Source: Prorocentrum cordatum (lineage: Eukaryota). Taken from it: a stretch of 64,000 nt of DNA. Of this stretch, positions 25,407 through 35,783 are shown piece after piece (positions within the stretch are counted from its first letter, which is position 1; every line of letters starts with the position of its first letter). The stretch covers positions 186,001-250,000 of the forward strand of contig CAUYUJ010000001.1 of NCBI GenBank assembly GCA_963575745.1, read 5' to 3'. The position numbers were made by a program, and so were the translations under genes. A model generated the notes under the pieces. That model did no database searches. It saw nothing but the letters and a program-made list of their open reading frames with translations, and was not told the DNA's origin.

Positions 25407-26543
25407 TTTTTTTGGTTTGAGCGCGCTCTCCACCAGCTCTTCGCTCACCATGCCCTCGGTGCCGACGCGCTTCATGATCTCTGCGGGGTCTACGTCCACA
25501 TTCGCTTTGGCTGCCAATGCCTGGATCGGATCCTTCTCCCGAGGACCTTTTCCTTTTCGCCCGCCTTTGACACCAAGACTACGCAGACGTTCGTCCAACC
25601 GTTTATCAATTGTCATCTCAACGTATTCTTCGGGGGTCTTTTCCACCAGCTTCTCAATCAAAAGCTTCTTGCTCGTGAGTTTGTCTTGTTGAACCTTTCC
25701 TCTTGCGTCCTCCGCTGCCGCTGCCTTGTCAACAACTTGCTTGTATATGGTCGTCACCTGCAGCTCGAGCTCATCTCTGCTCATGCCTGCGAGCGTAGCC
25801 TGGTCATCATCATTGTCCAAATCTAATTTTGACTATACTGTTCTCTGCTCGTCGTTCAGGCTCATGCAACGTTCAACGAAGTTTGACCGTTTTGTCACCA
25901 TTCTCAAAGACCGTTTTGTCACCATTCTCAAATTTGTTCTCTGCGCCTCTAGCAACTGAAGGTCAAAGTTCTTCTGTAGCTTGACCATCTCCTTGTGGAC
26001 AATGGCCTTGGCATCACGAATGGAAGTATTCTGGTCGATGTTGATGGCCGTAGAAATCGCCTCATTGATGCGGATTGTGTCTAGAAGCGGTGTCTCGAAG
26101 TGTATCGGGACTCGGCGTAGTCCACGTCTTGGTGGAAGTTCCCCAGGTGGTGTTGGATCCATCTCTCTGAGGACGTCCTTGCAAGACTGAATTGAGCGGT
26201 TCGTATTCTGTAAATTTTGAATTTTAGCTCCCAGTTCTGACGCGTGTTTCTTCACATGACGGGTGATCTTTGGACATTGATTTGTGCCCAATCTCACATC
26301 CACCAAGCGCCGTATATCCGCCGTGAGAGGTGGATACGTATGCGTCCTTGTTGGGCTTGGTGATCGATCCCACGCTGGAGGAGAACGGCTCCTCCCACGC
26401 GTCTGGACTGCGCTCCCTGGTTCCACCGGTTGCGGTTCATGCAATTGTCGTCTATGCTGCCGTGTTTGGGGCCCCGCTGCAGGGGCTTCAAGGGCACCTC
26501 CACCACGGGGGGCACCGCCGGCAGACACATCCACGTCGCCCAT
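25088..26543 (-). CDS. ORF1 of the Penelope-like element: charged helical/coiled-coil-like protein with a GKG-rich basic tail
   Basis: ATG at 26543 and an in-frame TAG at 25833-25835. With six A's at 25407-25413 it would read …PKNGGPPPAAAGSKGKAK…GKGYSGKW* to the TGA at 25088-25090. This copy has seven A's. Confidence 0.7.
25379..25413 (-). promoter_or_regulatory. -1 programmed ribosomal frameshift cassette
   Basis: A_AAA_AAC heptamer, 7-nt spacer, then an 8-bp all-GC hairpin CCCCGCCG-GCGG-CGGCGGGG. Confidence 0.75.
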
Positions 26544-26570
26544 CGCTCAGGAAAGTACAGTACCGAAAAC

Positions 26571-26778
26571 TCGATAAAATGAGACGATGTTTTCAACGTG
26601 GCAATGGCCCCCGAGGAGTTCAGATAACCTCGGTCTGGCCTCGTCGCTTTAGCGCTCTGGGCCAAAATGCCTACAGTGAAGTGTGCGCACGCCCCTGCCG
26701 TTACGACGGATTCTGCAAATTTGGTCGTCGGGCTTCTGTCGCCCAAGGGCTATAGGGCTATAGGGCTATAGGGCTATA
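26571..26778 (-). repeat. 5' terminal direct repeat extended to (GGGCTATA)4
   Basis: 192-bp repeat plus two extra octamers. The four units span 26747-26778. Confidence 0.95.
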
Positions 26779-26936
26779 GGGGGACAGGCCCGACCTAAGC
26801 CTTGTCGAGAGCTTTCCAAGGGGGCGCCCGGATCGCCGCGAACGGCCGCCAGAGGCCCGAGTCTGGGCCCCCACGGGGCCTCAGATGTCCGACGATCTGA
26901 TCGCTTCAAAGCGATGATTTGAACTCGATTTAGTCT

Positions 26937-27330
26937 AGGCCTCCCAGATGGGGTCGGAGTACACCTTATGCGATGCTTAAGAAAACCTAAGTTTTCGGCC
27001 AGAGTCTCGATTATTCTTAACGTTTCAATGTGAACCCCAAGATTTTGATAGAAGTTCTGGGTTTTATTCAATTTCTGAGACTATGAATTTCTTAACCCAT
27101 GGTTTCTTAAGCATTTCGCAGGGTGTAGATGGGGTCGGAGGATCGCGCCGCATCGCCGATGCATCGGCGATGCTGCTCGATGTGGAGCCCGACTTGCTCC
27201 ACGTCGACGTCGCCGATGCACCGCCGATGTCGACGTTGCATCGTCGGTGCATCGCCGATACGTCGCCGATGTATCGGCGATGCGGCGCGATCTTCCGACT
27301 CCATCTCCTCCGACCCTATTTGGGAGGCCT
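26937..27330. mobile_element. palindromic MITE-like family C (CATCGCCGATG-rich); relatives at ~2895-3030 and ~27800-27968
   Basis: AGGCCTCCCAGATGGGGTCGGAG … CTCCGACCCTATTTGGGAGGCCT termini and long internal inverted arms. Confidence 0.75.
26962..27125. mobile_element. 164-bp AT-rich MITE with TA TSD, nested in family C
   Basis: TA|CACCTTATGCGATGCTTAAGAAAACC … GGTTTCTTAAGCATTTCGCAGGGTG|TA. The uninterrupted site GGAG-TA-GATG is seen in reverse at ~27940-27950. Confidence 0.85.
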
Positions 27331-27517
27331 CTATGTAGGCATCTGCGGCCCGCTGTCGCGCCCCAGGGCCGTCAAAAATGGATCTTGGGCGAAAAATTGA
27401 CCCCGGGGAAGGAGTCGGATCGGCGGATGTCAGGAGAGAGAGAGAGAGGGAGAGGGAGAGGGAGAGAGAGAGAGAGAGAGAGACCATCACAGGCTATTAG
27501 GGAAGGCAAGGCTAGGC

Positions 27518-27676
27518 TTAAATCGGGCCTGTCCCTCTACAGGGGGAATATTCAAAAATAGCCAAAGAGTAGTCTGGGGACTATTGTTTAAAACTGTTCT
27601 GGACTTTTTTTATTTGTGTAAACTATGTTTCAGTTTTCGTCCAAAATCTGCCTGTAGGGGGACAGGCCCGACTTAA
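27518..27676. mobile_element. MITE family A (159 bp)
   Basis: GGCTAGGC|TTAAATCGGGCCTGTCCCTCTACAGG … CCTGTAGGGGGACAGGCCCGACTTAA|GGGTAGGC. Confidence 0.9.
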
Positions 27677-28108
27677 GGGTAGGCCGACCCGACCCTTGAC
27701 CAAAACCTTAGGTTACATCCGATCATCCACGTACGCTCTCTTCGGCCTGCCTCTGAGCCCCTTCCTTGAGGAGCTCTGCGGCAGGGATCGGCTGGGGAAG
27801 TCGGGGGGGCGGCCTTCCAAGTGTTTGTGGGGCGTCGGCTGCCGACATCGCCAGTGCATCACCGACGTTGCCAGTGCATCGCCGATGCATCGCCGATACA
27901 TCGCCGGTACATCGGCGATGCGGCGCGATCCTCCGACCACATCTACTCCGACCCCATCTGGGAGGCCTCTACTCATTCGGGAGGCTCCGCTCCCACCCCC
28001 CACCCCACCCCCAGCCTCTGCACCGCATCGCCCCCTGGAATCTGGCCGCCCCCCGCTCCCGCGAAGCGCTTCGTAGTGGGAGGGGGGTCGAAGAGGAACG
28101 GGGCCTTA

Positions 28109-28281
28109 CAGTCAACCCGAGTAGTAAGGATGGGCAGCCGTCCCAAGGGTACCTTTGCATCCTTCCTTCCTCGGCCCATGCTTGGCCACTTTCGTTGGCC
28201 GCGCCCCGCTCGAAAAGCTTCGACGTGGCCTTCCAAGGCCCTTGCATCCTTATCGTGCATCCTTATTATACTGGTTGACTG
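28109..28281. mobile_element. pogo/Tc1-type MITE
   Basis: TA|CAGTCAACCCGAGTAGTAAGGATG … CATCCTTATTATACTGGTTGACTG|TG. Confidence 0.75.
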
Positions 28282-28579
28282 TGCAAGGGAGGCCTCCTGG
28301 GGTCCCGAAGCTGCGCGAAAGGCGCACCCGTTCTCCACCCCCGAATTTCTCGATTGCCTCCCAGTGAAGCGACGCCCGCTCCCGCGCTTCGCGGGGCCCC
28401 TGCAGTGCATGTTTGACTGATGCACACGGCAAATCCATGACAGTGCACATGTGGGGAATGTGTTCCATTAGTCGTTTGTCGCTCCTCCTCCCCTCTAATA
28501 TTGTCCGTCCTGCCTCTCTACCTCAGCAGGAGGAGGAGGAGGCGGAGGAGGAGGAGGAGGAGGAGGAGGAGGAGGATTT

Positions 28580-31500
28580 GTTTGTTAAATTGCGCCGCTG
28601 CCAACCAAACTCCAGAGTGCAAGAGATGCAGGGGTTGCCAGGCAGGGATTAAAGGATTACGGCACCCAGCACTTGGAGGTCTTATAGGGCGGGAGACCTT
28701 TACAACCCCGCTGCAGAACCTCGCGCTGGTGCTTGGTGATGGCATGCGGTTCCAAGACGGCCATTGGACAGGGCTCCCGCAAAGAGTCAGGGCGAGCTAT
28801 TGCCCTTCGCCACATTCACCGCGGAAAGTGTGGGCACCTGTCTGCCACAAATTGTGAGAGGGATGGACCGCTTTCCCAGCAACCCAAGGCGAGACTAGCT
28901 CAGGGAGCGGGTCGAGCCGCAGAGAGCGCCAGAGGGAGTTCTCCCTGGCAGGAAGATGCCGTCCAGGCCTCGCCCAGTTCTTGGTTGTGACCTCCGCCTC
29001 CACCGACCCCCCAACTCCACCTCCTCCAGAAGCAGGACAGGCAAAGCAGAGCGTCGCTCGAAGCGAGGGGGCGACGTCGGATATCGAAACTTTGCACAAC
29101 CCACAGGTCCAAACTCCCAAACCGAAGTCCCAGACGCGCGACGAGATAACACCAGCTTCGATCCACCGACGCCAGCGGAGCACCAAATCGTGCGGTTGGT
29201 TGCGCAGCCTGCAGCCGGGCTCGGCCTTAAGGGCCGCACTTTCGAGGATATAGACGCATTGCGCTTGAGGATGAGGCAGGCAATGGAAACGAACTCGTGA
29301 TTACCCTTGGCAACACCATCAGGGACATGGCACTTCCGGGCTCGAAAATCGGCAGGCTCATCAGCGACAGAGTTGAGCACAACATGGTCCCAGTCCACAG
29401 AGTCGCCAAAACGGGCGAGTTTCTGGGGGCAGCAGGTGGTTGGGGACATGGGAAAGCCGAAAATCACCCGAGCGCTCCGAGAGGAGCTGCCAGAATTCCC
29501 ACCAGAGGTCAAAATTGGCCAGCCTCGCAGAGGCCGCACGGCCCGCCAGAAAACATTGGAGAACGTCAGCGTGGTCGGTAGCCACGTGCAGAGCTTGGGA
29601 AGGGTCCACACAACGCAAACACCCGACGATGACCGCGAGCTCTGCACTGGGAAAAGCCTGTCGAACCGAGTCGAGCATGCCCGTGACTCCACAGCCCCAG
29701 CCGAAGTCTTCCCCAAGTCGGGGCCTCACACAGGCGAGCGCAACTCTACGGAGGACCGGAAATTTGGCAAATGGGCCACCAGTGCCGTCGGTGGCGCACA
29801 GGCCTCCTGGCAAGATGCCCGGAGACTGGGGACACGGCCCCAGGACAACGCCGCCCCTGGTGATCTTTGGGGCTGGGCACAGGAGGGAGGTGAAACCAGG
29901 AGAGGAGACTACGCCTTCGCATGCAGAAGCACTGGTACTGGGCGCCCTTTTGCAGAGCACCGTGCCTCAAGCGCCGGGATTCAACAACAATCTCTTGGAC
30001 CTGGGACGAGGCGTTGCACATGCATTCCCAGAACTTGCGCGACGAGGTCTCGGGGTCACGCATGCACGTGCGCCAGGAGCCATCTGGGCAGTGCGCCATC
30101 TCTCCTCAGCCCAGTATCCGCCAGAGACCAAGAACCGAATCATAGTCGGGAGGCCCCGGCGCCCACCCTTGCCAAGGGGGGCAACACTGTCCCAGACATG
30201 GCGAAGAGAGACGGGCCCCTGGACCCACCGCCATCGAGGTGCTCAGCAGCCTGGCGCCGCTGGAGCGCGCCGATGGATTCGTCGAAGTTTTCGGGCAGCG
30301 GGCCCAGAGGGTCGCGCCCATTCTCCATCATCTGCCACGCATCTCCACAAGGGGCAATGAGGGAAAAAAAAGGCGAGGGGCATTGCCCATCGACCGCCAT
30401 GATAGTGGCTTGAACGGCCGCCATCGGACCACGGACCCAGGCCCGCCCCGTTTGGACTTTGGCAAACGAGGCCGCCCAGCGCCTGGCCAGACGACGCAAG
30501 AGATCCGGGCGACCAGCCAAACGAGAGTACCAAGACTCAACGACACGACGGACATAGACCTGGAGGGGGTCCCGGCCGAGGCCGAAGGTGTAGGCGGATG
30601 GCAGTGGTGGCGCGAATTCCTCTCTGAGGGGCTTCACTAGCAGCTCGCGCCACATCGCGCAAACCTGTGAGCACTGACGGAGAAGCACCGTGAATCCATA
30701 GCGCCCACGTGACCTTTGCATAAGCAGTGGGGCAGAACAACTGACTGGATTGCTTGCAAGTGCTGTCGAAACGAAAAATCGCGTTAGTGAGATCCCGCCC
30801 CTTGGAGAAGCGGGTTTCCTGGCGGCCACAGCCCCCCAGGCGCCCAGGGCGGCGTCGCGCCCCGGGCCCCGAGCCGCGAGAGCGACCGGAAACTCGCAGC
30901 CCTCGCGGACGGCAATCCTGGAAAGCTCAGCCCGAAGGGCAGGCGAGGAAGCGAGCAGATGGCCTCACACCAGCGCTTCCTCAGGCCCGCGAGGAGGGCG
31001 AGAGGCAGGGTCGGAAAGGCAGCGGCAATCGAGGCGCGCGCGCCGAAGAGACGAGCAGAGGCATCATCAGCCCGCCCCCGAGGCCGACGGCCACCGACTG
31101 ATCCACTGGCTCCCGCAAAGGGGATGACGCAAATGCGCGCGGGCGAGGGAGGCGGCCTGGCCGCGTCCAGCCGACGTGCTCAGAAGAGCCAGGATACCTG
31201 GATGAACAGCTCCCTCAAACGACAAATGCCGCGCCCCCGCACGCACATCAACGGCCAGGGCGTCGGAGCGGGCACTTTAATTCGGCAGCAGCGTCTACCA
31301 GGTCAAGCAGGCAAACCTGGTCATGCTATTTCTTCAAATCGAGCAATATGCCCCCGACGTGGAAACCGCCCAGGAGGGCCAGTTCCGGTCCAAGCTCATC
31401 AAGCCAACCAGCCGAGCCACAACGTTCTGGCCCCATGGCCCAATGTGCCTCACGGCCCCGCGCCGCGACGACAGGATTCTCGATGCGCCGGAGAAGAGCG

Positions 31501-34500
31501 CGGACAAAGCCGAGCAGCGCAATGGGCCCGCTTCCCCCGTCAGGCTCTGGGATGAGGGCAATCGAGGCAAGGAGCTGCTGGAACGGCTAAGCTCATTGCT
31601 CCTCGCATCGCTTCGAGCAGCTGGAATAAGCGCAGCTGCTCATCATCACTGGCCTTCTCAATGAGACGTGGCTCGACGACTGGCGTTGGGCGTGGACCTG
31701 TGCGCGCGACGAAGCCCGTCCAAGTCGACGGGCGGCAAACGCGGGGGCGACCGAGCACACTTGCGCAGGGCAGCCAACGAAGATCTCGACCTGCCCTTAT
31801 CGCGCTGCTGCCATACAGCCCCCAGGCGGCAGTCTCGAAGTCTAAGGGCTGGTCGAGGGCTGGGCAGGGCCCTTCATCGCCGATCTTTTCGCAGGGCGTG
31901 ACAGAAATCTGTTGCAACCGAGTCCTCCACAAGTTAAAGGTGCCACGCTGACCAGCATTAGAAGCCCGATGGAGACGGCGGCGCCTGCCGAGCGCGCTAA
32001 GCCAGGGCGGCGCGATGCTGTTCGGCATGCTTTCGTTCAGGCTGCGGCGGAATGTCCTCAATGATTCAACCGGGACAAGCCCGGACGTCACGATCGGCCT
32101 GGCAGGGCCTTTCAACTTGGGCAGCCGCGATGGAAACCAGACGAAGCCTGGGCCCCCGGCACCGCCCGATACATTGGACGAACCCGGGCCTGGCCCAAGC
32201 CGAGCGCAGAGAATGCCTCGAGCACAAGAGCGGCAATCCAGGTCGAAAGCTGAGCCCCCAGAGAAGGGAATCCCGGGTGTTGTCATGCTCGAGCTTAAGG
32301 ACACCAGCAGCGGCATGGTCGGCCCTGAAGAAGCCCGGCCACCCACGCTGCAGCCCGCGAGCCCGCGCCAAGAAGCGCGCCCAGGCACGGGGGCAGCCGC
32401 GCCTCTGACTGGGAGAGGCTTCGGTCGCATAGCCTTCTAAACCTCCTGGCCCTGGGAGACGCAGAGACATGAAACTCCAAAGCAGCACGGGCGCCCCAGG
32501 GCACCGCGACTAGCGACCTAATTTCGACGGCGCTGAACATGCTAGAAGAAATTAATTCGCAATCGGTCCGACTGGTAGAGACGCCCGAGCAGGCGACCGA
32601 AACCCTTAGCATGGGAACAGGGGCGAGGCCGAGAGGCCCCAACCAACCTGACCGCTCCAGAACATTCTGGTCAACCCGCCAGTCGCTCACCACAAAGGCT
32701 GGGGCCCCTGCCGCGCTCAGGTGGGCTCCGAGGCCCGCCAGCAGCTGAAGGTTCTGGCCAGCGAGCCCACCTCCCATGATTAGGTAGACGGGCACGATGG
32801 TCAGCGAAGCCTCGCGCGGCGCCAGCAGAAGTCCACTCATCAACCTCCAGGCTCGCCATCAGGGCCTTGGCCATCACCACCATGCGCTCCTCGCAAAACA
32901 GGCTGGCCCCCCCTCCGCTCGGCTTCTCACCGGGCGACTTCTCCAACCCCGCGGGCCTCTGGGAGGAGGTCGGCTGCCCTGCGACGAAAGAACCTGACGA
33001 ACCAGGATTTCCAGCAGCGCAGGCGCGAGCAGCTACGTCACCATCTGGAACATGTCGCGCAGGGGTCGCGCCACCTTCAGCCGCAATCATGGAGCGAGCG
33101 CGGCGCAACAACTGCTCTTGTCATTCGTCAAGACCGCCTTGGGAGAGGCCCAACATGTTGCGGTGGTACCTCGCCCTCACAGTCCGGCTCGACCTCCAGG
33201 CTGAAAAAACAAATATCCCGGCTCATGCCGAGTCTCACAAAAGCCAAGTTCTCGATGCCAGAACTAGCCGTTTGCTCCATGACGAGGGGCAGAAACGCAG
33301 CATGAGGCGACAAGTCTGGGACATAAGCGGCACATAAACGCATCCAATGAGCTTGACCGCCAGGCTCGCCCAGCAGACTCCGGCCCCGGAGCCGGAAGGT
33401 GGCGTCAGACCGAAGCCGACGCTCAAGACTGAGACGGCGAATGATCGCAGCCCGTCGCTCGGGGACCGCATCCTTGCAATTGAGGAAGTCGGGGATTCTA
33501 ACTGATGGGCCGCGTACCCTTGGGAGAAAGGGCCCGCCCCCTCTGCAGCGGCGCCTCCCTCGTCGCACGCCAGCTGGAGCCCGCGAGACAGACAGCCTGC
33601 CCATGCAGCAGTAGAGCTTGAAACCGACGCAGTAGATGTCGAACCTGACGCAGAAATGGCCGAACTGGCCGCGCATGGGGCGTCGTCTGCCGAGCCCCCA
33701 GCAAGACGCGCGCCGCGGGGCCCGCGCCGAGGTCTTGGCCGGGCCAACCTGCAGCACGTTTCGCCCACGGGACCAGTGCCTTCGCAGGCACGGCGAGCGA
33801 GCGCCCATCGTCTGAAGCCGATGGCGAGGTCGCCCCAGAAGCCGAAGCAGGGCGAGCTCCGCAGGATAGCGACGCATTGGCCGCCGTCGATTTGGACGGA
33901 CACCAAGAGAAAACATAAGCTGAGGAGGCCGAAACGAGGGGCCGTACTCTTACGACCTGCAAGTAGAACAGTCGTCGGACTCTTGATATCCCTCATCCTG
34001 GAAGTTACCCGCCACGCGCTCCTCCAGCCTCTTCCTTGGCCTTGCGCGAGGCAGCCGCGGCTCGGGCCAGGGCGTCGGCGCGGGCCTTCTCGATCCGCTT
34101 CTCCTTGTCAGTCTTCTCGACTGGGGCAGCTGCCTAGGCCTGGGGCGCATCCCGCGGCGCCGGAGCCGACTGCGACGCTGCCGCGCCCTGGCTGCTTGCA
34201 CCATCAGTGGGGCCGCGCCAGTCGCCGCCGGGCCGCCGTCAGTCCGTTGCGCAAGTCACCCATCCCCTTCTGGCACTCAGCCTGGCGCGTCTGAAACTGG
34301 GCCGTGATCGAGGTGAGCGCGCCATGCAGAAGGGTCTTGACCTGCTTCGACTGCTCAAGCTTGAACATGTCGAAACCGTCAGGGCCCTCCGGCGTGAAGG
34401 CTGGCCCAGAGACATCAAAGTCTTCGCCGAAGTCAAGCGCAATCTCCTCGGCCGAGCCCTTAAATAGAGCGCCGAGCGAGATGGCGTCCTCTTTCGGGGG

Positions 34501-35280
34501 CGCTGTGTCTTTAGGCTCGAGGACCTCGACGGCCAGCGCACGAGTGGCCTGCTCAAGTAGCGAGGCATTCTCAAGGTCCTTTGCCATGAGCTCATCGAGA
34601 AGCTCGCCGAGCTCGCTGGCTTCCATGTCCAGGGCAGCACGACGTGCCAGAGCCTTCTCCAGCTTCTCCTGGGAAGCCTTCTTGGCCTGGGTCGCCCTCT
34701 GCCACTCAGCCTGGGGAGTGACCTGGGGCTGGGGCGACGGCTTGGGCACAAACTGCGACAGAAGCTTCTGGGCCAGGTCGGGAGCAAGATGCGAAGCAGC
34801 CTCCATGACCGCCTCGAGAGCTCTTGGAGGAAGGGCGTCACTGAGGGCTGCTGCAGCTGCTGGAGCTGCTGGGCCTTGCGCCCACTCGTCCTCCTTTCGG
34901 TTTGCCACCCCCGTCGCCGTGCCAGTCATGGCCAGGAACCGAGCACTGGGACTTGCACCCGACGCAGACGCTGCGCCGCTTGGCGAGGAGGGCATTCCAC
35001 GCCCACTGACCACAAGAGCACACAGTGTACAAGCGAGCGCCCCGAACTTGCCCATCCTTGGCGCCCCCACGCGGAACTCGGACCCACGGCTGCCCTGTCC
35101 AAGTGTCGCCCGCGTCGTCGGCAGGAGCGTGCCACGGGGCTGGAGCCATCGCGGCGTCGTAGCAACTAGTTGCAAGTTCCGAGAGGAGCAAGCGCAAGAT
35201 GGGTTGCCAGAAAGCCCGTGCAGTGCTGGCAAAGCTGTCAGGCGGGAGGCCTTGACACTGCTGCGGGCTAGCACCTTCCA
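28580..35280 (-). mobile_element. decayed near-full-length LINE (ORF1, APE-like endonuclease, RT, RNase H, Cys tail)
   Basis: Coiled-coil-like ORF1 (34204-35000), IVPVYL…FVVSDW (~32700-32800), GILLDLKK*HDQV (~31330), ADD (~31065), ANFDLW…SHVP…NSVADE (~29360-29520). Many frameshifts. (GGA)n on both flanks. Confidence 0.75.
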
Positions 35281-35683
35281 GACGGAGAGGAGGAGCAGGA
35301 GGAGGAGGAGGAGGAGGAGGAGGAGGAGGAGGAGGAGGAAGGACGAGGGGCGACGAGGGACGACAAGGGACGACGAGGGACGACGAGGGACGACGAGGGA
35401 CGACGAGGGACGACGAGGAGGAGGAGAAGGAGGAGGAGGAGGAGGAGGAGGAGAAGGAGGAGGAGGAGGAGGAGGAAGAGGAGGAGGAGGAGGAGGAATG
35501 GGAGGAGCAGGAGGAGGAGCAAGAGGAGGAGCGGGACGAGCAGGACGAGCAGGAGGACCAGGAGGAACAGGAGGAGCAGGAGGAGCAGGAGGAACAGGAG
35601 GAACAGGAGGAACAGGACGAGCATGAGGAACAGGAGGGACAGGAGGAAGACGAGGAGGAGGAGGAGGAGGAGGAGGAGGAGGA

Positions 35684-35783
35684 NNNNNNNNNNNNNNNNN
35701 NNNNNNNNNNNNNNNNNNNNNNNNNNNNNNNNNNNNNNNNNNNNNNNNNNNNNNNNNNNNNNNNNNNNNNNNNNNNNNNNNNN
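35684..35783. other. assembly gap (100 N)
   Basis: Run of N. Contiguity across it is not assured. Confidence 1.

Larger units (their letters stand above)
22984..26778 (-). mobile_element. endonuclease-deficient Penelope-like retroelement with pLTR-like direct repeats
   Basis: ORF1 plus a PLE-type RT between 192-bp direct repeats. No GIY-YIG motif is visible at either end of the protein. Confidence 0.88.
22923..26798. mobile_element. family A MITE interrupted by the Penelope-like element
   Basis: Left arm 22923-22983 (GTAAGTCGGACCTGTCCTTCTACAGG…) and right arm ~26777-26798 (TAGGGGGACAGGCCCGACCTAA). TSD GCCTTGTT (22915-22922) / GCCTTGTC (26799-26806). Confidence 0.85.

Noticed and set aside
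22984..26778. LTR retrotransposon, retron, DGR or group II intron interpretation
   Set aside because: No TG…CA ends, PBS, protease, integrase or RNase H. The RT motifs are PLE-type. The repeats differ at a single site, so there is no adenine-specific variable region.
26747..26778. True chromosome telomere
   Set aside because: Only four units, followed directly by a MITE arm, its TSD and further genomic sequence.
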